This document shows positions 58,187-64,000 of a stretch of 64,000 bases of DNA, in pieces (the stretch's first letter is position 1; every line of letters begins with the position of its first letter). This stretch comes from Thermoplasmatota archaeon (GTDB lineage: Archaea > Thermoplasmatota > Thermoplasmata > UBA10834), in NCBI GenBank assembly GCA_963818745.1, contig CAWFTI010000001.1:236452-300451 (forward strand), read 5' to 3'. A model generated the notes under the pieces. That model did not search any database. It had not been told where the DNA came from and worked only from the letters and a program-made list of their open reading frames with translations. Position numbers and translations under genes: made by a program.

Positions 58187-59368
58187 ATGGTCGGCCTGTT
58201 CCGAAAGAAACCAACGAAAGATGGTTCCTCCGCTCGAAGGAAGCTGAAAGACTTCGAAGAAGAGGAGGAAGCTCTCGAGGCGGAAGAGGAGTCCGAAGAA
58301 GAGGTCTCGCCGCGCAAGGGCAAGGGAAAACCCGCCCGGGACGCGGACGAAGAGGTCGAAGACGAGGTTATCGGCGTAGACGAAGACAGCGCCGGACTGT
58401 CCAGCGTCAAGGAGATGAGCGAACTCCTTGGCCGTATGGATGAGGTCGCAGACAAGCTGGGAAGGCTCGATTCCGCGCTTACCATGGTGCGGAACGATAC
58501 AATCCAGGTCCGCGATCGCATGAACCAGACGGAGCAGGACGTCCGGAGGCTATTGTCCGTCTACGAGGTCGTCTCGGCGAAGTTCAACCCCTTCATCGAG
58601 ATCTCCGACAACGGCGCTTCCAAGCCCGGAGCGGCCGCCCCGGCCGCCCCTGGCAAGGGAGAGGAACTGAAGCTCCCCGAGATAGACCTCGGAGGAGACC
58701 TTCCAGAGTTCCGTCCGTTCCAGGATGGAGAGCCCGAGGAGCTGCCTTTCGTGCCAAGGAAACCCGCCGAACCTAAAGGAGGCGCCCCCCCGTGGGAGCC
58801 AGGGACGTCGACTGTGGTCATGGAAAGGGGACCAGCGGGGTCCTCGAGACAGAGAGCGCCACCAACGGACAAAGCATCCCAAGACGTGAACTACGAACGC
58901 GAGGTCCGGGCCGCGGCTAAGAGCAAGCACAACAAGAAGCCCTTGCTAGCCTACATCGCCCATGACTACCTCACGCTCGTGATGGTCATGCGCTGGATAG
59001 AGTTCCTGTTCGAGCGTGTAACGCGCGACAAGATCTCTCTAGTGCTTGACTACTACGTCGATGTCGGATGGATCAGCGAGGACGTGAAATCAGAGGTCAT
59101 GTCCTATGCCCGCGGCGAGATGCAGGACATCACGAAGTACATGGCGCCCGAGGAGACTCGGGAAGAGGTATTCCGCGATATGCCCGTACCAGCCGCCGCG
59201 CCCTACAAGAAGGTAGAGGACTGGCGTCTGTCCGCTGAAGACCACCTCAAGTCCTTGCTCTTCATACAGAAGATCGCAGGGCTTGAAGTCGACAAGGATC
59301 GACTGAACTCACTTGAACAGAACATATCGAAGTTCAAGGAGAGCCTGGAGGGCTTTCATGGGGTTTAG
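58187..59368 (+). CDS. arlCDE: ArlC/D/E (FlaC-FlaD/E) fusion protein with acidic N-terminal region
   Basis: Acidic low-complexity N-terminus, FlaC-like coiled coil (..LDSALTMVRNDTIQVRDRMNQTEQDVRRLLSVYEVVSAKFNPF) and a C-terminal FlaD/E domain. ATG 58187 (TTG 58175 possible). Confidence 0.75.
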   Translation: MVGLFRKKPTKDGSSARRKLKDFEEEEEALEAEEESEEEVSPRKGKGKPARDADEEVEDEVIGVDEDSAGLSSVKEMSELLGRMDEVADKLGRLDSALTMVRNDTIQVRDRMNQTEQDVRRLLSVYEVVSAKFNPFIEISDNGASKPGAAAPAAPGKGEELKLPEIDLGGDLPEFRPFQDGEPEELPFVPRKPAEPKGGAPPWEPGTSTVVMERGPAGSSRQRAPPTDKASQDVNYEREVRAAAKSKHNKKPLLAYIAHDYLTLVMVMRWIEFLFERVTRDKISLVLDYYVDVGWISEDVKSEVMSYARGEMQDITKYMAPEETREEVFRDMPVPAAAPYKKVEDWRLSAEDHLKSLLFIQKIAGLEVDKDRLNSLEQNISKFKESLEGFHGV

Positions 59369-60551
59369 TGTCTCGGCAACAATGGCGATATTCTTCGCCT
59401 CTTTTCTAATTCTTTTTTCTATTCTTTATTCTTCTGTAAACAGCGCTTTCGACGACATGCAGACTGCCTTCGACGAGAAATACGACGGTCTCCAGGCCAG
59501 GTCCGACACGAGTCTGAGTATCATCGACACGGCATACTACAGGGAGGACAACTCGCTCGTGATAGATGTCCTGAACACCGGAACGACTTCACTCGATGTG
59601 AACTGCACACAGCTTCTGGTGGATGGGGTCCTGACATCCTCAGCGACATTCCAGATACAAGGAGTGACGACCGAGATCTGGCAGCCGAACGAAGTGCTCA
59701 CCATCACTCTCACGAACCCAGACATAGGGTTCTCATCCGATGTGTACGTCCGGACGGACGGCTCCAACAACGCCCAGCTGACCTCTCCGACGAACATAAC
59801 CGCCGGCGAGAAGGTCTACATCGTGGACGGCACTGGCATCGATGTGTTCAGCCTCGACGGCACTTACGAATTCACGATCACAGACACTGTCAACACACCC
59901 ACCCCCGGGGACGTGAAGGTCTACGGGGACTACCTCTATGTGATGGACAACGCATCGCACGTGGACAGGTTCACGCTCGACGGAGTCTGGGTGGATAGTA
60001 TAGTATATGACGCGGTGAACACGCCGACGCCTAGATCCATCGCGGTCGACTCCAGCTACATCTACGTCGTGGACGACTACGACCACATAGACAGGTACAA
60101 CCGCGCTGCAGGCACGTTCGTGAACCAGTTGATACCCAACGGAGGCACGATGACCTCCCCGATGGACATGTCCGTTGGCGCGTACATATTCGTCATCGAC
60201 CGCGCGTCTGGCCTGTACCAAGTTGACCGGTACGCCCTCGACGGCACCGGCGGGACCATGATCGTGGGTTCTGCGAGGCTCGCGAATCCGACAGACATCT
60301 CCGCGAGCTCTGCAGGACTGCAGGACACCTACGTGTACATTGTCAACAACAGCCGCGAGATACTCGTGTTCGACGAGAGCGGCACATATCAGGGTTCAGT
60401 GGATGATGGATTGAGCAGCTCCGTCCGGGGCGTCGACGCCACCGGGAAGATATTCGTCCTGGACGGAGTGAACGGGCTCGTAACCGAGAACCTCGGCACG
60501 AGCATCAAGGTGGTGGCGGAGAACGGAGTCTCGAAGATAGACATGCTATAG
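59358..60551 (+). CDS. arlF: ArlF (FlaF)-like protein with inserted six-bladed NHL-like beta-propeller
   Basis: N-terminus MGFSVSATMAIFFASFLILF plus a FlaF-like beta domain, with the FlaF-like end IKVVAENGVSKIDML. Six repeats lie between them (KVYIVDGTGIDVFSLDG, YLYVMDNASHVDRFTLDG, YIYVVDDYDHIDRYN, YIFVIDRASGLYQVDRYALDG, YVYIVNNSREILVFDESG, KIFVLDGVNGLV). Confidence 0.7.
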   Translation: MGFSVSATMAIFFASFLILFSILYSSVNSAFDDMQTAFDEKYDGLQARSDTSLSIIDTAYYREDNSLVIDVLNTGTTSLDVNCTQLLVDGVLTSSATFQIQGVTTEIWQPNEVLTITLTNPDIGFSSDVYVRTDGSNNAQLTSPTNITAGEKVYIVDGTGIDVFSLDGTYEFTITDTVNTPTPGDVKVYGDYLYVMDNASHVDRFTLDGVWVDSIVYDAVNTPTPRSIAVDSSYIYVVDDYDHIDRYNRAAGTFVNQLIPNGGTMTSPMDMSVGAYIFVIDRASGLYQVDRYALDGTGGTMIVGSARLANPTDISASSAGLQDTYVYIVNNSREILVFDESGTYQGSVDDGLSSSVRGVDATGKIFVLDGVNGLVTENLGTSIKVVAENGVSKIDML

Positions 60552-60568
60552 AAGGGGGTATAAAACAC

Positions 60569-61006
60569 ATGGGCGCAAGCGGAGCATCGACGCAGCTGAT
60601 CTTCTTCATCTCCGCGATCATCGTGTCGTCGGTAGTGGTCGCAACAGCTTCGAGGAGCGTGTTCGACCTATCGAACGGCATCGACGACCGTAGCGAGATA
60701 GTGAAGGACCAGCTGTCCACGGAGATAGAGATAATAAACGACCCGACGGCCGTCCCGAACGACCCCGTGCTTATCTACGTGAAGAACGTTGGAAGGAGCA
60801 GCCTGAACCAGAACCTGACGACGGTCATGCTGGATGGCGTGGCAGTCTCGGGCGCGACGATGACCCTGACGGGTAGCCAGACATCGTACTGGGAGCCGAC
60901 GAGCGTGCTCACGGTATCGATCAACCAGAATCTGGCTTCCGGAGACCACACGGTCACGGTCACGACCGAGAACGGCGCGTCAGACCAGTTCGACTTCCGC
61001 ATATGA
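60569..61006 (+). CDS. arlG: ArlG (FlaG)
   Basis: 145 aa with an N-terminal hydrophobic segment QLIFFISAIIVSSVVVATA and a FlaG-like beta domain (VLIYVKNVGRSSL.., VTVTTENGASD). Position between arlF and arlH. Confidence 0.75.
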   Translation: MGASGASTQLIFFISAIIVSSVVVATASRSVFDLSNGIDDRSEIVKDQLSTEIEIINDPTAVPNDPVLIYVKNVGRSSLNQNLTTVMLDGVAVSGATMTLTGSQTSYWEPTSVLTVSINQNLASGDHTVTVTTENGASDQFDFRI

Positions 61007-61022
61007 GGAGGGCTGACCCTCC

Positions 61023-61721
61023 GTGGGCGACATATACAAGCTCCAGATCACAAGGGACGACCTGCACGACCAGCTGGGGCAGGGCATACCAGTGGGCACG
61101 ATCACGCTCATGGAGGGCGCGCAGGGCGCTGGGAAGAGCGCGGTCCTGCAGAGGATGGTCTTCGGGTTCCTCAACAACAAGCACAGCGTCACCTACATCT
61201 CCACCGAGCTCACCGTGAAGGACTTCGTCAGCCAGATGTATTCCCTCGACTATCCGATCGCGTCTCCGTTGCTCGAGGGGCGATTGCTGTTCATCCCGGT
61301 GTACCCCCTAGTTGGAAGGACGGCCGACAGGAAGGACTTCCTCGGGATGCTGATGAAGTCAAAGGAGCTGTACAGGAGCAATGTCATAATCATAGACACG
61401 TTTTCGAGCCTTGTCAGCAACAGCCTGGACAAGGATGAGAACAGCATCAGGATACTGACATTCTTCAAGAAGCTCGCGGGCATGGGCAAGAGCATCATCG
61501 TCTCCGTCGACACCGGGGAGATAAAGGGCGATGTGCTGATGCCGTTCCAGTCCGACAGCCACATATACCTGAGCCTGGTGGTCGCCCAGGTAGGCGGGGT
61601 CGTATCAAGGAGCATCATGGTGAAGAGATTCTCGAACACGAATTACAGGGTCGCCCCCATCATCGGATTCAGGATAGAACCGAACATAGGCATGGTGATT
61701 GAGATAACATCCGTCGTGTGA
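61023..61721 (+). CDS. arlH: ArlH (FlaH), KaiC/RecA-like ATP-binding protein
   Basis: GTG start. Walker A GAQGAGKS. RecA-like core ..VIIIDTFSSL... Position upstream of arlI. Confidence 0.85.
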   Translation: MGDIYKLQITRDDLHDQLGQGIPVGTITLMEGAQGAGKSAVLQRMVFGFLNNKHSVTYISTELTVKDFVSQMYSLDYPIASPLLEGRLLFIPVYPLVGRTADRKDFLGMLMKSKELYRSNVIIIDTFSSLVSNSLDKDENSIRILTFFKKLAGMGKSIIVSVDTGEIKGDVLMPFQSDSHIYLSLVVAQVGGVVSRSIMVKRFSNTNYRVAPIIGFRIEPNIGMVIEITSVV

Positions 61722-61730
61722 GGTGGATCG

Positions 61731-63366
61731 ATGCCTTTCAACATGGCCAAGGTCTTGCAGCGGAACCCGCACCTCAGCCTGTACCTTCAGGACTACGTCC
61801 AGAAGACGAAGCAGAACCCGAACTTCGTCGAGACGGTATCCAGGGACGCCGCGAAGGGTGGGGCCGCTGACATACTCTACCCTGTGGGCGACCCCATATT
61901 CATCCACCTGCACGGGTCGAAGGACAAGGGGTACAAGTACACCGTCGTGCAGCCGATACTGACCCCGGAGCTGGCGGAGAGCTACACGAAGGTCGTCAGC
62001 CGCATCTTCGTCAAAGCGGGGGGCGAGAAGATCCACACGAACGACAAGGAGTTCAACGATGTTCTCGACGCGCTCCTGGCGGACATAGTCAAGGTGACAG
62101 GCCGGGCGAGCCCTTCGAAGCTCGTCCAGATGTTCAAGCCAAGCCACAAGATCCACATCGCGGAGGACGACTACGGCATCGTCGAGTACTATGTCAAGAG
62201 GAACGTGCTGCAGAACGGGATCCTCGAGCCGGTCCTCAGAGACCCGTACATCGAGGACATCCACTGCGTCGGCCTCAGGGAGATCAACATCATCCACAAG
62301 GTCTTCGGGATGGTCGAGACGAACATCGTGTTCGACTCAGCGGCCGACCTCGACCGGTACGCCAAGGGCATGAGCGAGCGGATGGGCAGGCCCGCGTCCA
62401 TATCGAGACCGATCATCGACGGCGCGCTTCCCGGACGGCTCCCGTATCAACATCATCTACGCGGACGATGTGAGCGTCCAGGGACCGACATTCACCATCA
62501 GGAAGTTCGCGACCGAACCGATCTCGGCCCCGCAGCTGGCCAAGTGGAACACCTTCAGCGCCCAGGAGGCCGCATACCTGTGGCTGTGCCTCGAGAACGG
62601 CATGAGCGTGTTCGTCTGCGGCGAGACGGCGTCCGGCAAGACGACGACGCTGAACGCCATCTTCCCGTTCATAAGGTACGACCAGAAGATATTCTCCGCG
62701 GAGGACACCTTGGAGGTCCAGCCGCCCCAGGAGGTCTGGCAGCAGCTGTCCACCAGGGAGTTCGGCCCCGAGGAGAGCAGGGTCGACACATTCGCGCTGC
62801 TCAAAGCGGGCCTGAGGTCAAGGCCGAACTATGTGATCGTCGGTGAGATCAGAGGGAAGGAGGGGAACGTCGCCTTCCAGGCCATGCAGACTGGCATCCC
62901 TGTCATGGCGACCTTCCACGCCGCTTCCGTCAAGAGGATGATACAGAGGTTCACGGGCGACCCGATCAACGTGCCCATCACGAGCATGGACAACCTTAAC
63001 GTCGCGGTGTTCCAGGCAGGGGTCTACAGGGCCGGGAAGATGATCAGGCGCACCCTGTCCATCGAGGAGATCCTGGGATACAGCCATTCCATGGGAGGGG
63101 TGATGACCAGGGCGGTGTTCGTCTGGAACCCCGTCTCGGACGAACATCTGTTCAGGGGCATGAACAACTCCTTCATCCTCGAGGAGAAGATCGCGGTCAA
63201 GAGGGGGTACAAGGACAAGAGGGACATCTACAAGGAGCTGGCCGTGAGGACCAAGATCATCGAGAAGATGATGGAGACGAACCTCTTGGCATACAAGACC
63301 GCGAACGACGCCATCAAGGCGTTCCAGAAGGAGGGCGTGTCGGGACTGCCCTTCTCCGTGCAGTGA
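61731..63366 (+). CDS. arlI: ArlI (FlaI) archaellum assembly/motor ATPase (one +1 frame break near 62.43 kb)
   Basis: ATG lies behind GAGGTGG. N-domain ..YPVGDPIFIHL... After ..IIDGALP the +1 frame continues DGSRINIIYADDVSVQGPTFTIRKF.., Walker A GETASGKTTTLNA, GEIRGKE. Confidence 0.9.
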
Positions 63367-63579
63367 TTCTGACGACCTGCCGTTCCGACATCGCCGAGTG
63401 CATGCCAGTGATAGTCAGGCATGAGAATTGAGCGCCAACGCTTAATAGAGCAGCCCAGGGATGGCATACCGAGGCCACCGAGCATGCGCTCTGCCAGTAT
63501 GACCGCCCGACTGAGCGGCCTCACGAGAGTGTGAGAGCCTCACGCGATCCGCCCGACCGCGAGTGAAAGGGGTCTAGGG

Positions 63580-64000
63580 ATGCAGCAACCTGACGAAACG
63601 GGCCTGAAGAAGGCCATGCGGAAGAACCCGCACCTGATGACCTACGTCCAGGAGTTCGTCAGGTTGAACAAGTCCCCTCCCAAGTTCTACAAGGCCCTGA
63701 CCAGGGACATGGACACGCTCATAGAGATCAACATCGTCTACCCCATCGGCGACCCGCTGTTCGTCCACATATACTCCACCAAGAGCATCCCGATCAAGTA
63801 CACCTCGATCCAGCCTCCCCTGACCGAGGAACTCCTCCCGAGGTACAAGACCGTCATACAGCAGGTCTACAACAAGGCGGTCTACGAGAAGCCCCACGAG
63901 ACGGTCAAGCAGTTCGAGGAGAACCTGTTCAAGCTCATCGAAACCTCGACGACCATCGTCGCAGACGGGAAGTCGCCTAAGAAGAACCTGTTCGGGGACC
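63580..64000 (+). CDS. second ArlI/FlaI-like secretion ATPase paralogue, N-terminal part (runs off window; not in ORF track)
   Basis: Hand-translated from ATG 63580: MQQPDETGLKKAMRKNPHLMTYVQEFVRLNKSPPKFYKALTRD..IVYPIGDPLFVHIYSTKSIPIKYTSIQPPLTEELL... It is colinear with the ArlI N-terminus (..LQRNPHLSLYLQDYV..ILYPVGDPIFIHLHG..YKYTVVQPILTPELA). Confidence 0.75.
   Translation, partial: MQQPDETGLKKAMRKNPHLMTYVQEFVRLNKSPPKFYKALTRDMDTLIEINIVYPIGDPLFVHIYSTKSIPIKYTSIQPPLTEELLPRYKTVIQQVYNKAVYEKPHETVKQFEENLFKLIETSTTIVADGKSPKKNLFGD

Noticed and set aside
1-64000. Mobile elements, prophage, defence islands or CRISPR arrays.
   Set aside because: I recognised no integrase, transposase, Cas, restriction-modification or toxin-antitoxin signatures, and no regularly spaced direct repeats. 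The only repeats are protein-domain repeats (PKD, FN3, NHL-like) and the 24-bp archaellin-upstream element. I did not exhaustively search the flanks of the two tRNA genes for att-like duplications.

Overview
GC-rich (by eye roughly 60 %) archaeal chromosomal segment. Gene content suggests a Thermoplasmata-like euryarchaeon: aRF1, PurP, ribosomal protein eS1/S3Ae, a short bipartite-type LplA, two tRNAs with canonical-position introns and archaellum genes, plus bacterial-type MutS/MutL. This assignment is an inference. I support about 60 protein genes and 2 tRNAs. No rRNA, CRISPR array, transposase or integrase was seen. From 1 to 25 kb the window holds housekeeping and repair genes (argS, lplA, purP, mutL, mutS, rnhA, adk). 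It also holds a large PKD-repeat surface protein, a non-pyrrolysine MttB homologue and a P-type ATPase with a tandem USP-like tail. From 25 to 35 kb there is a Ras/Rab-like small GTPase operon (GTPase, V4R-DUF835, Zn-ribbon protein), a TetR-ABC efflux operon, hdrCB and an M20 peptidase. From 35 to 41 kb lies an opp-like locus whose binding protein carries six PKD repeats; no ATPase genes follow. From 41 to 50 kb come S3Ae, tRNA-Met, ArsA, a ferredoxin-AOR fusion, V4R plus Roadblock/LC7, AMMECR1 and pyrC. From 52 to 64 kb there is an archaellum cluster with unusual parts: a ~570-aa archaellin with three FN3-like insertions, an ArlF with an inserted six-bladed propeller, an extra ArlD/E gene, tandem ArlI paralogues, two paralogous wHTH genes, and an exact 24-bp element upstream of all three archaellin genes (one copy inverted). 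About 21 reading-frame breaks interrupt otherwise conserved genes. Twenty of them are +1 shifts, which suggests a systematic single-base-insertion artefact rather than decay. All disrupted genes should therefore be read with that caveat.
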